Assembly (NCBI GenBank): GCA_040384805.1
Contig: JAZKIP010000004.1
Location: 118,954-168,553, forward strand
Direction of reading: 5' to 3'
Length of the DNA stretch: 49,600 nt
Source of the DNA: Patescibacteria group bacterium
Lineage (GTDB): Bacteria > Patescibacteriota > Minisyncoccia > Phycocordibacterales > UBA9973
How positions within the stretch are numbered: the first letter of the stretch is position 1; each line of letters opens with the position of its first letter. Under the pieces are notes generated by a model. The model did not search any database. It saw only the letters and a program-made list of their open reading frames with translations, and was not told the origin of the DNA. The translations under genes were made by a program, and so were the position numbers. Shown here piece by piece: positions 7,917 through 17,079 of this stretch.

Positions 7917-10523
7917 ATGAATATCACCATCACAAAAAGAGACGGGACAAAGGCATCATTCAATGCCGACCGGATTAACAAATCCATAGAGCGCGCATGC
8001 CACGGCATGACTGATCCGATCAGCAAAGTGATCCAGATCGCAACAGAAACGCGCCTCACTCTTTATGATGGTATTACGACTGAGGAGCTCGATCTTGCGA
8101 CGATCAATGCAGCTCTCCAAAATACTCAATACGACCTCGAATTCGACAAAATCGCAACCCGGTTGCTCCTGAAGGTGATATACAAGAAGGTGATGGGGGA
8201 CTATGACCCTGACAATGAGGCCGGAAAGCTCTCGGACGAGGATTTTTCCAAGCTCCATGCCTCCCATTTCAAGGACTATATCGCTGTGGCGGTTGAAAAA
8301 GGCCTTCTTGATAAGCGCTTGGCAGAGCTTTTTGATCTTGATGAGCTTTCCAACGCTCTTATTGTTGCAAATGATGATCTTTATAAGTATTCGGGACTTT
8401 CGACGATGCTTAACCGATACCTGATGAAGGATGAGAAGCAGGGACCGCTTGAGACCCCGCAGTATTTCTGGATGCGCGTGGCCATGGGTATGTCTCTTAA
8501 TGAGACTGATCCGACAGCATGGGCGAAGAAATTCTATGCGAAGATGTCATCTCTTGAATACTTGTCTGCCGGATCTACCAATATCGGCGCAGGAACTCCG
8601 CATCCGAAGCTTTCCAACTGTTTCCTGATGGAGATGCATGATGACATGGAACATATCGGCAAGACCGTCTCAGACGTCCTGCTTCTCTCGAAGGCGACAG
8701 GCGGCATCGGAATGTCCGTTACCAAGCTTCGCGCCGAAGGATCGCTTCTTCGATCCAATAATACTGTCTCATCGGGACCGGTTCCTTTCATGCACATCAT
8801 CGACTCTGCAGTCCGCGCAGTTCAGCGCGGAGGAAAGAAAAAGGGTGCGCTTTGTTTCTATATGGAAAACTGGCACCTTAACTTCCAGGACTTCCTTGAT
8901 TTGAAGCAGAACAACGGCGACGACTACCGCCGCACCCGTACTGCCAACACTGCCGTCTTTATTTCCGATGAATTCATGAAGCGCGTTCTTGCAGGCGACG
9001 ACTGGTACCTGTTCGATCCGAAGGAAGTGGCTGATCTTAATGAGCTTTACGGCAAGGAATTCTCCAAGCGCTATAACGAATACGTCGAGATGGCCAAGAA
9101 CGGCAAGCTCAAGCTTCATCAGGTCATTCCGGCCCGTCAGCAGTACAAGAATATTCTTGTCTCTCTTGAAACGACATCGCATCCGTGGCTGACATGGAAG
9201 GATACGATCAATGTCCGGGCTCTCAACAACAATACAGGCACCATCCATTGTTCGAATCTCTGTACCGAAGTGACTCTTCCGACCGACCGCGACAACGTGG
9301 CCGTCTGCAACCTGGTTTCGATCAACATCGCGCGGCATATCAAGAACGGCCAAATCGACTGGCATCGTCTTGAAGAAAGCACCAAGCTTGCCATCCGCCA
9401 GCTCGACAACTTGGTCGACATCAACGAATTGCCGATTGAAGAAGCCCGCCGGGCTGATTCGGAAAACCGCGCAGTAGGCCTCGGATTGATGGGGTTCTCT
9501 GATGCCATTGAGCAACTCGGGTATTCCTATGAAGACAAGGAAGCGTATGACTTCGCCGATCAGGTATTCGAATTCATCTCATACATGGCGATCGAAGAAT
9601 CAGCAGAGCTTGCCGAAGAGCGCGGCGCATACAAAAATTTCAAGGGTTCAGAGTGGTCAAAAGGACATGTGCCGATCGATACGATGGAGAAGCTCGAGAA
9701 GGAGCGCGGCCGCGATGTCCTGACAAAGAAAGATTCCGCCCGCATTCTTCCGGCGCTCGATTGGGACAAATTGCGCGCGAACGTGAAGAAGGGAATCCGC
9801 AATGCGACTCTTCTTGCGATCGCTCCGAACGCCAACATCGGCCTTGTAGCAGGCACTGCTCCCGGCATCGATCCGCGCTTCGCGCAGATGTTCTCCCGCA
9901 ACAAGATCTCCGGCAAATACCTTGAGATCAACCCGAACCTCGTTGAGGCTTTGAAGAAGGAAAATCTCTGGGAGAAAGTCCGCGAGCAGATTCTCGAGCA
10001 CCATGGTGATCTCGAAGAGATCACGGAAATTCCGGATGCTATCAAGCGCATTTACAAGACATCGTTCTCCGTATCTCCGTACGCATATGTCGAAGTCGCC
10101 GCCCGCGCTCAGAAGTGGGTGGACATGGGAATCTCCCGCAACATGTATCTGGACATTCGCGATATCGACGAGATCATGAACATCTATACGAGCGCGTGGG
10201 ATAAGGGATTGAAAACAACATACTATCTTCACATGAAGCCCCGCCATAGCGCCGAGCAATCGACGACCAAGGTCAATAAGTCCGAAGCGATGGGCCGCCG
10301 CGGATTCGCAGCTCTCAGGGATAAGCAGCCGAAGCAGGATGCTCCTGAAACCCTTGTGGCTACCGTTGCTGCTTCTGCGATAGTCGCTGATGCGATATCC
10401 GTTCCGAAGGGAGAAACGATCAACGATGTTGCCCGCATATCTTCGACAGAAGCCGAAGAAGCGTCTCACATCTGCCTTCCCGAAGATCCCAACGACAAGT
10501 TCCTGTGCGAAAGCTGCCAGTGA
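7917..10523 (+). CDS. nrdA: Ribonucleoside-diphosphate reductase alpha subunit with ATP cone
   Basis: ITKRDG ATP cone, LSNCF, SNLCTEV active site, TTYY radical relay and C-terminal CESC. Confidence 0.97.
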   Translation: MNITITKRDGTKASFNADRINKSIERACHGMTDPISKVIQIATETRLTLYDGITTEELDLATINAALQNTQYDLEFDKIATRLLLKVIYKKVMGDYDPDNEAGKLSDEDFSKLHASHFKDYIAVAVEKGLLDKRLAELFDLDELSNALIVANDDLYKYSGLSTMLNRYLMKDEKQGPLETPQYFWMRVAMGMSLNETDPTAWAKKFYAKMSSLEYLSAGSTNIGAGTPHPKLSNCFLMEMHDDMEHIGKTVSDVLLLSKATGGIGMSVTKLRAEGSLLRSNNTVSSGPVPFMHIIDSAVRAVQRGGKKKGALCFYMENWHLNFQDFLDLKQNNGDDYRRTRTANTAVFISDEFMKRVLAGDDWYLFDPKEVADLNELYGKEFSKRYNEYVEMAKNGKLKLHQVIPARQQYKNILVSLETTSHPWLTWKDTINVRALNNNTGTIHCSNLCTEVTLPTDRDNVAVCNLVSINIARHIKNGQIDWHRLEESTKLAIRQLDNLVDINELPIEEARRADSENRAVGLGLMGFSDAIEQLGYSYEDKEAYDFADQVFEFISYMAIEESAELAEERGAYKNFKGSEWSKGHVPIDTMEKLEKERGRDVLTKKDSARILPALDWDKLRANVKKGIRNATLLAIAPNANIGLVAGTAPGIDPRFAQMFSRNKISGKYLEINPNLVEALKKENLWEKVREQILEHHGDLEEITEIPDAIKRIYKTSFSVSPYAYVEVAARAQKWVDMGISRNMYLDIRDIDEIMNIYTSAWDKGLKTTYYLHMKPRHSAEQSTTKVNKSEAMGRRGFAALRDKQPKQDAPETLVATVAASAIVADAISVPKGETINDVARISSTEAEEASHICLPEDPNDKFLCESCQ

Positions 10524-10526
10524 AGT

Positions 10527-10614
10527 AATTACTAATGACTTATTACTACTTACGAAATAGTCTTTCGTCCCTTAGTATTTTCATTAGTAATCAGTAATTA
10601 TCAATTAGTAATTA
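10527..10614. repeat. Inverted degenerate heptamer-repeat hairpin
   Basis: ATTACTAATGA (10528-38) pairs with TCATTAGTAAT (10581-91), and ACGAAA with TTTCGT. Units are ~7-nt periodic (AATTAGT/AATCAGT). Confidence 0.6.
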
Positions 10615-10623
10615 TTTAAATCT

Positions 10624-11646
10624 ATGATCTTAGGAAAAGCCTCGCCGGAAGACATGAATCTTCATCCCATGCGCTATAAATGGGCGTATGAACTTTATAA
10701 TCAAGCTGTCCGCAACACGTGGTTTCCGCACGAGATCGCTCTCGGCGAGGACTTGGTAGACTGGAGAGCGATGACCGACGACGAGCGTCATGCTGTGGAA
10801 TTCCTGATGGCGTTCTTCAATCCGGCCGAGCTTATCGTCAACCGCTCTCTTGCATTGGGAGTCTATCCATATATCAAAAGTCCGGAGTGCCATCTCTACC
10901 TTGCCAAGCAGATGTTCGAAGAAGCCAATCACTGCGTATCATTCGAATATGTTCTTGAAACGTTCCCGCTTGACCGCGAGAAGGTCTACAATGTTCATCT
11001 CGAGACTGATTCGATGGAGAAAAAGGAGGCATTCATCAAGAAGTATCTCATCCGCATGACTGAAGACACTCTCGATATCGAGACTCCGGAAGGGAAGAAG
11101 GATTTCGTCCGCAATCTTGTCGCGACCAATATCGTCATGGAAGGCATCTGGTTCTACTCCGGATTCATGGTGGCTCTTTCCTTCCGCCAGCGCAATCAAT
11201 TGCGCAACTTGGGATCGATGATCAACTGGGTTATTCGTGATGAATCGCTGCATCTGAAGTTCGGCATCAACCTGATCCACACGATCCTCGAGGAGAATTC
11301 AAGCATTCTGACCGCCGAATTCGCCGATGAGATCCGCGACATCGTGATCGAAGGAGTCAATCTTGAGGTTCAGTACAACAAGGATCTTTTCCCGAAGGGA
11401 ATCCTTGGTCTCAATGCCGATTACGTGAATCAGTATGTTCAGTATGTCGCTGATCGCCGCCTCGAAGAGCTTGGATTGTCTCCTCACTACAATGTCACGA
11501 ATCCAGCAAAATGGATGGCGACATCGACCGATGTCTATGAACTCGTGAATTTCTTCGAAGCCCAGAATACCGCCTATGAGGTTGATGCTCATGGCCACAA
11601 TAATGAAAAGAAAAAGGAGGATCTGCCTTCCCAGCCGGGAGAATAA
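10624..11646 (+). CDS. nrdB: Ribonucleotide reductase beta subunit, class Ic (Mn/Fe, R2c) signature
   Basis: FFNPAE (Glu in place of the class Ia Asp ligand), EEANHCVSF (Phe at the radical Tyr position), EGIWFYSGF, RDESLH and NFFE. Confidence 0.93.
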   Translation: MILGKASPEDMNLHPMRYKWAYELYNQAVRNTWFPHEIALGEDLVDWRAMTDDERHAVEFLMAFFNPAELIVNRSLALGVYPYIKSPECHLYLAKQMFEEANHCVSFEYVLETFPLDREKVYNVHLETDSMEKKEAFIKKYLIRMTEDTLDIETPEGKKDFVRNLVATNIVMEGIWFYSGFMVALSFRQRNQLRNLGSMINWVIRDESLHLKFGINLIHTILEENSSILTAEFADEIRDIVIEGVNLEVQYNKDLFPKGILGLNADYVNQYVQYVADRRLEELGLSPHYNVTNPAKWMATSTDVYELVNFFEAQNTAYEVDAHGHNNEKKKEDLPSQPGE

Positions 11647-11661
11647 GATTTCTCTCTATCA

Positions 11662-11692
11662 TAAAAACCCGGGAGTTGCCCCCCGGTTTTTA
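11662..11692 (+). terminator. Intrinsic terminator after nrdB
   Basis: taaaaacccggg...ccccggttttta. Confidence 0.65.
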
Positions 11693-11731
11693 CATTTGAA
11701 AATTAGCACGAGTATCTGGTATAATTAGCCC

Positions 11732-12304
11732 ATGAAGAAACAAACCACATTTATAGTATCTGTTGTTGTCATTATTCTTTTTGTTATCGGACTTGGGATT
11801 TTTATGAATAAGCAGTCACAAGCACCGAGCAAATACGACGATTTCGCCAAGGCTCTTACTTCGGGCGGCGCCCAGTTTTATGGCGCTTTCTGGTGTCCTC
11901 ACTGCAAGGAGCAGAAGGAACTCTTCGGAAACGCGGCTCAATACCTTCCCTATGTCGAATGTTCCAATCCTAACCAGTCAGTAACCCAGATCTGCAAGGA
12001 TGAAAAGATCGAAAGCTACCCGACATGGAAATTCAAGGACGGCATTACTCTTTCTTCAGCTCAGGAACCGGCTGTCTGTGCTCCTAAGCCGGGCGCAAGC
12101 GGAGAACCTGCGGTCTGTCAGAGTATGGCTTCGCAATATGACAAAACATTCGTATTCCCCGGTTATAGATTTTCTATCAAGAGCCCGACGGATCCCGTGC
12201 ACGAAGGAGATGTCTGGACATTCCCGGCCGGAGCCGCGACTCAGGGAGAGGTTCCAATGGAGTTTCTTGCCGCGCAGATTAACTATACTCTTCCCCAAGA
12301 ATAA
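11732..12304 (+). CDS. Membrane-anchored thioredoxin-fold protein (CPHC)
   Basis: N-terminal TM; FYGAFWCPHC...LPYVEC...YPTW resembles the Trx domain paired with bacterial VKOR. Confidence 0.85.
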   Translation: MKKQTTFIVSVVVIILFVIGLGIFMNKQSQAPSKYDDFAKALTSGGAQFYGAFWCPHCKEQKELFGNAAQYLPYVECSNPNQSVTQICKDEKIESYPTWKFKDGITLSSAQEPAVCAPKPGASGEPAVCQSMASQYDKTFVFPGYRFSIKSPTDPVHEGDVWTFPAGAATQGEVPMEFLAAQINYTLPQE

Positions 12305-12306
12305 AT

Positions 12307-12867
12307 ATGCCTCCATACGTCGATACGTTTAACCAGATCATGGCTCTTGGAACGATTGTGCTCATAATTATGAGCACAATCGTTCTCCTGACCCTTCTTT
12401 TCTTCCGTACGCCTGCAAATCCTATCCTTGTGTTCTTCAAGAGACATACGTTTATTATTGCCTTTTTGATCGGTCTTGGGTCAATCGCAATGAGCCTCTT
12501 TTATTCGGAAGTTATTGGTTTTACCGCATGTCATATGTGTCTTATACAGCGGGTATTTCTTTATCCTCAGGCGCTTATATTCGGATACCTACTATGGCGT
12601 CCGCGATCACGCCAGACGCGTCCCCTTGTCGAAACGAGCCTTATTGTGGCTTTATTCGGGAGTCTTGCCTCCTCATATCACCTCTATATCGAAAACGGGG
12701 GATCATCAAGCCTTGCCTGCGCGACGGGCGGACCCGACGTTGTCTCATGCGCCACTATCTATGTCGATCAATGGGGAATCACGATTCCGACAATGGCCCT
12801 CGTGGCCTCGGTTTCGATCATCATTCTTCTCCTTAACTACATATACATGAAAAGAAAAGCCGCGTAA
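12307..12867 (+). CDS. dsbB: Disulfide bond formation protein B (DsbB/BdbC family)
   Basis: ACHMCLIQRVFLYP, a second Cys pair and TIPTMAL; multi-pass membrane. Confidence 0.85.
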   Translation: MPPYVDTFNQIMALGTIVLIIMSTIVLLTLLFFRTPANPILVFFKRHTFIIAFLIGLGSIAMSLFYSEVIGFTACHMCLIQRVFLYPQALIFGYLLWRPRSRQTRPLVETSLIVALFGSLASSYHLYIENGGSSSLACATGGPDVVSCATIYVDQWGITIPTMALVASVSIIILLLNYIYMKRKAA

Positions 12868-12881
12868 GCGGTTTTTTCTTT
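12851..12881 (+). terminator. Intrinsic terminator after dsbB
   Basis: aaagaaaagccgc-gtaa-gcggttttttcttt. Confidence 0.7.
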
Positions 12882-12921
12882 ATCCCTATACGTAAGAATT
12901 TCATTGTGTCATAATTTCTAT

Positions 12922-14667
12922 ATGGACCGACAAGCGGAAACTATAAACTGTCAGAACTGTAAACGAGACTTTGCCATTGAGCCGGAAGATTTTTCATTTT
13001 ATGAAAAAATAAAAGTTCCTCCGCCGACATTTTGTCCGGAGTGCCGAATGATTCGCCGAATGACATGGAGAAATGAACGGTCTCTTTTTCATCGCGATTG
13101 CGATAAAACTGGGAAATCCTTAATTACAATGTTTCATCCAAATGCCCCTGTTGTCGTATATGATCGTGACGTCTGGTGGAGTGATGACTGGAATTCAGCA
13201 GAATATGGAACAGAGTATGACTTTTCTCGGCCGTTTTTTGAGCAGTATAAAGAACTTCTTTCGAGAGTGCCGCTTGCCAATCTTGGTAATACTAATATTA
13301 TAAATTCACCGTATGGTAATCATAATGCCGATTGTAAGGACTGCTATCTTACCTACGCTTCTTTTAATAATGAAAGAGTCGCTTACTCACAAGGAGCAGT
13401 TGGTGTGAAAGATTCTTTTGACCTTTATACTGTTGAGAAATCAGAAAATTCCTATAACAATGTTATTTCCGCAGGTCTTTATAAAACACATTATTCATAT
13501 AATACGGATGAGTCGATTGATTCTTTTTTCTTACATCATTGCATGAATTTGCAAGACTGTATTGGATGCATAAATTTGAGGAATAAGAATTATTGTATTT
13601 TCAACGAAGAGTATTCGAAGGAAGATTATTTAAAAAAGAAGCAAGAGTTAGATTTTGGAAGTTATAATATATTATCCGCCTTTGAAAGAGATTTTACTAT
13701 TTTTGCGCTTTCTTTTCCTCGAAAATACGCCAATCTTTTAAAGACTGTACATTCAACGGGTGACAATATCGCTACTTCGAAAAATATAAAGAACTGTTTT
13801 GATATTTATGGTGATATGGAAGACTCGAAATATATTGCTCACTGCTTGAATATGAAAGACAGCTATGATGTATATGGCGGAGGAGCCGTGGCTTCTTTGG
13901 TCTATGAAGGAGTCGATGCTGGACTGCAATCATCCGAACAGCTTTTTTCAATACTTACTCATAGCTGTCTTAATACAATGTATACATATATGTGCTATAA
14001 CTCTAAAAATCTTTTTGGTTGTATTGGCATACGCAAAGGGGAATACTGCATTCTTAATAAAAAATATTCGAAAGAGGAGTACGAAAATCTCATTCCTCGG
14101 ATTATTGACCATATAAATTCAATGCCCTATGTAGATAAGAAAGGAAACGTATACAAATACGGAGAGTTTTTTCCAAGCGAGTTATCTCCCTTTTCATACA
14201 ATGAAACGATCGCCCAAGAATATTTTCCTAAAACAAAAGAAATTATTCTACAAGAGGCATATTCGTACAGAGAACCTCTTGAGAAAGGATATCTCCCGAC
14301 AATACAGTCTTCGGAATTGCCTGACCATATACGCGATGCTAAAGATGAAGTTGTGAAAGAGATTATCTCATGTCCCAATAATGGGAATGAACTGACACAA
14401 TGTACGCAAGCATACAAAATCACAAGCGAGGAACTTAATTTTTTACGTCATAATAATATCGCCTTACCCCGATATTGCCCAAATTGCCGCCACTATAAGC
14501 GACTCAGTCTTCGTAACCCTTTAAAACTCTGGCACCGCTCGTGCATGTGCGATCTGCCGAACCATGCTCACGAAGGGAAGTGCCCGAACGAGTTTGAAAC
14601 AAGTTATGCGCCGGAACGGCCGGAGAAAGTTTTCTGCGAGAAGTGCTACCAGCAAGAGGTGATGTAA
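12922..14667 (+). CDS. Cys-rich CPR-type protein, paralog 3
   Basis: MDRQAETINCQNC...PPPTFCPEC...YGEFFP...CPNEFETSY...VFCEKCYQ. Confidence 0.85.
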   Translation: MDRQAETINCQNCKRDFAIEPEDFSFYEKIKVPPPTFCPECRMIRRMTWRNERSLFHRDCDKTGKSLITMFHPNAPVVVYDRDVWWSDDWNSAEYGTEYDFSRPFFEQYKELLSRVPLANLGNTNIINSPYGNHNADCKDCYLTYASFNNERVAYSQGAVGVKDSFDLYTVEKSENSYNNVISAGLYKTHYSYNTDESIDSFFLHHCMNLQDCIGCINLRNKNYCIFNEEYSKEDYLKKKQELDFGSYNILSAFERDFTIFALSFPRKYANLLKTVHSTGDNIATSKNIKNCFDIYGDMEDSKYIAHCLNMKDSYDVYGGGAVASLVYEGVDAGLQSSEQLFSILTHSCLNTMYTYMCYNSKNLFGCIGIRKGEYCILNKKYSKEEYENLIPRIIDHINSMPYVDKKGNVYKYGEFFPSELSPFSYNETIAQEYFPKTKEIILQEAYSYREPLEKGYLPTIQSSELPDHIRDAKDEVVKEIISCPNNGNELTQCTQAYKITSEELNFLRHNNIALPRYCPNCRHYKRLSLRNPLKLWHRSCMCDLPNHAHEGKCPNEFETSYAPERPEKVFCEKCYQQEVM

Positions 14668-14696
14668 ATTATTATTAATTATTTTTTTATAAATAT

Positions 14697-15128
14697 ATGC
14701 TTTTCGATACCATTAAAAAAGAAGATAAAGATCTTGTTTTCATATATACGACATGCGCAACGCGCGACGAAGCCCGGGCGCTCGGATTTTCAGCCCTCAA
14801 CGAGAAGCTTGCCGTATGTACCGATTACTGGCCCGTCGAATCGATATATCCGTGGAACGGCGTCATTGAAGACATCGAGCAGTATATGGTTATTTTAACG
14901 ACGCAAAAAAGTCTGAGCGAGAAATTATTCAAATTCATCATGAGTCTGCATCAATATAATATTCCAATGATCGCCGAAGCTGCGGTAAAAATAAAAAATC
15001 CGGCGTATGCTCTGTGGGCGCAGAATATCATTGCGGATATGACAACGGAGTATATTTCCATGGAAGAGAAGAAAAAGCGTGATGAATACGAAGCGGAAGG
15101 GAATTTCCACCCCGGCCGTCTGAAGTGA
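14697..15128 (+). CDS. cutA: CutA divalent-cation tolerance protein with C-terminal extension
   Basis: IYTTC, KLAVC, SIYPW and HQYNIP motifs. Confidence 0.8.
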   Translation: MLFDTIKKEDKDLVFIYTTCATRDEARALGFSALNEKLAVCTDYWPVESIYPWNGVIEDIEQYMVILTTQKSLSEKLFKFIMSLHQYNIPMIAEAAVKIKNPAYALWAQNIIADMTTEYISMEEKKKRDEYEAEGNFHPGRLK

Positions 15129-15151
15129 CTTCTGTGGTATACTAAACTTAT

Positions 15152-15916
15152 ATGCCCAAGAAGCTCATTATCGGTAACTGGAAGATGAATCCGCAGTCTT
15201 TGAAAGAAGCGGACATTTTGTTTAAGAGCATTGGTGCTATCGCACTTAAGGCAAAGAACGCCGATATCGTCATGTGCCCTCCTTTTGTATACTTATCTCA
15301 TCTTAAGGAACTTAAACTCAAGAAAATTTCCCTCGGCGGCCAAGACGTATTTTATGAATCAAAAGGAGCTTTTACCGGCGAAGTGTCGCCTGCTATGTTG
15401 AGTGATGCGGGAGCAAGCTATGTCATCGTCGGACATTCGGAGCGCCGGATGCTTGGAGAGACGGACGAGATAATCAATAAAAAACTTCTTGCTGTATTAA
15501 AAGTAAAACTGACACCTATACTTTGCGTTGGGGAAGAAATTCGCGAGGATGACGGTTCGTATTTATCAGTCGTCAAGCGGCAGCTCTCGTCATGCCTTGC
15601 CGGTATCCCGAAAAATAAGATCAAGGATATCGTCATCGCCTATGAGCCGGTATGGGCGCTGTCCTCGACGGAGAACCGCCGCGATGCGACGCCGCATGAT
15701 TTTGAAGAGATGAGAATATATATACGCAAGATCTTAACCGACATGTATAGTGTCGCTATGGCTTCATCCGTGCGAATCCTGTATGGCGGATCGGCCAATA
15801 AAGATAATGCCGAGAGTTTCTTGAAGGCAGGCGCCTCCGGTCTTTTGTCCGGCAAGGCAAGCCTCGATCCGAAAAATTTCGGAGCCATTATCACTATTGC
15901 CAATAACATCACATAA
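15152..15916 (+). CDS. tpiA: Triose-phosphate isomerase
   Basis: GNWKMN, GAFTGEVS, GHSERR, AYEPVW and LYGGS. Confidence 0.97.
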   Translation: MPKKLIIGNWKMNPQSLKEADILFKSIGAIALKAKNADIVMCPPFVYLSHLKELKLKKISLGGQDVFYESKGAFTGEVSPAMLSDAGASYVIVGHSERRMLGETDEIINKKLLAVLKVKLTPILCVGEEIREDDGSYLSVVKRQLSSCLAGIPKNKIKDIVIAYEPVWALSSTENRRDATPHDFEEMRIYIRKILTDMYSVAMASSVRILYGGSANKDNAESFLKAGASGLLSGKASLDPKNFGAIITIANNIT

Positions 15917-15917
15917 T

Positions 15918-17039
15918 ATGAAATCACTAAAAGACATTCCGACAGTAAGCAATAAGAGAGTCATTGTGCGCGTTGATTTCAACCTTCCGATGCATAACGG
16001 TAAGATCCTCGATGATTTCAGAATCAAGAAGGCATTGCCGACGATACTGTATCTGCAGAAGAAAGGGGCGATCGTCATACTTATCACTCATTTAGGCGAA
16101 GACGGCTCTCAAACTCTTGAGCCTGTTGCCAAGAAACTCTCAACATATGTTTCAAACGTGAAATTCATAAAGTCGAATCTCTTTTCGAACGAGACGGAAA
16201 ACATGCTTCTGTCAGCCAAAAAGGGAGATGTTGTTCTTCTTGAAAATATCCGCCGCGAGGACGGCGAGAAAAAGAACAGCCCTTCTTTCGGCCGGGCGCT
16301 TTCGCGGTTCGGAGATTTTTATGTCAACGAAGCGTTTCCCGTTTCTCATCGCCTGCACGCTTCGATCGTCGGCATACCGAAGCATCTGGAAAGCTTTGCC
16401 GGTCTCCAGCTTCTTGAAGAAGTGAAGAATCTTTCGTCGGCTTTCGGTCCCGGACATCCTTTCCTCTTCATTATGGGCGGAGCGAAATTCAGTACCAAGA
16501 TACCGCTCATTAAGAGATTCATAAAAAATGCCGACAACGTTTTCGTTGGCGGCGCCCTTGCCAATGATTTTTTCAAAGCCAAAGGATATGAAGTGGGAAA
16601 ATCGCTCGTCGATGCCGAACATTCGTCCGTCATATCGCTTATGAAAAACAAGAACCTCGTCCTGCCCGTTGATGTGGAGGCCGCAAAAGGCTCTCAGATC
16701 CGAACCGTGAAGCCGTCCGATGTGGCGGTTGACGAAGCAATAACAGACATAGGCCCGGAGTCGGTCAAAGTCCTCAAGAGCCTTATTGAAAAATCGAAGT
16801 TTATCTTATGGAACGGCCCCTTGGGCAAATACGAAACAGGATCAGGCGGCGCAACTGAAAAAATTTTGAAATTGATCGCACAAAGTAAAGCCCATAACGT
16901 TATCGGAGGAGGCGATACTGTCGCCTTGGTATCGAAACTCAAGCTTGAAGATAAGCTCGGATTTGTCTCAACAGGCGGGGGAGCTACTCTTGATTTTCTC
17001 TCGACAGGCACTCTTCCCGGAATTAAGGCTTTAAAATAA
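15918..17039 (+). CDS. pgk: Phosphoglycerate kinase
   Basis: VRVDFNLP, LLENIR, WNGPLG, GGGDT and VSTGGGA; ATG 1 nt after the tpiA stop. Confidence 0.97.
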   Translation: MKSLKDIPTVSNKRVIVRVDFNLPMHNGKILDDFRIKKALPTILYLQKKGAIVILITHLGEDGSQTLEPVAKKLSTYVSNVKFIKSNLFSNETENMLLSAKKGDVVLLENIRREDGEKKNSPSFGRALSRFGDFYVNEAFPVSHRLHASIVGIPKHLESFAGLQLLEEVKNLSSAFGPGHPFLFIMGGAKFSTKIPLIKRFIKNADNVFVGGALANDFFKAKGYEVGKSLVDAEHSSVISLMKNKNLVLPVDVEAAKGSQIRTVKPSDVAVDEAITDIGPESVKVLKSLIEKSKFILWNGPLGKYETGSGGATEKILKLIAQSKAHNVIGGGDTVALVSKLKLEDKLGFVSTGGGATLDFLSTGTLPGIKALK

Positions 17040-17079
17040 AGGCCGTTTCGGATAAAAATTGTATGGTACAATCGCTTGT

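Noticed and set aside
8769-10469. Long antisense ORFs (248 and 270 aa) opposite nrdA, and similar ones opposite 23942-25936 and fusA
   Set aside because: These are shadow frames expected from sense-strand codon bias, with no recognisable motifs.
7917-10523. Intein or intron in nrdA
   Set aside because: The ORF is continuous with normal motif spacing; the extra length is a low-complexity C-terminal linker.
5790-14667. Similar 3' ends of the Cys-rich paralogs as DGR template/variable repeats
   Set aside because: Differences are mostly at third codon positions and not adenine-specific, and no reverse transcriptase is in the window.
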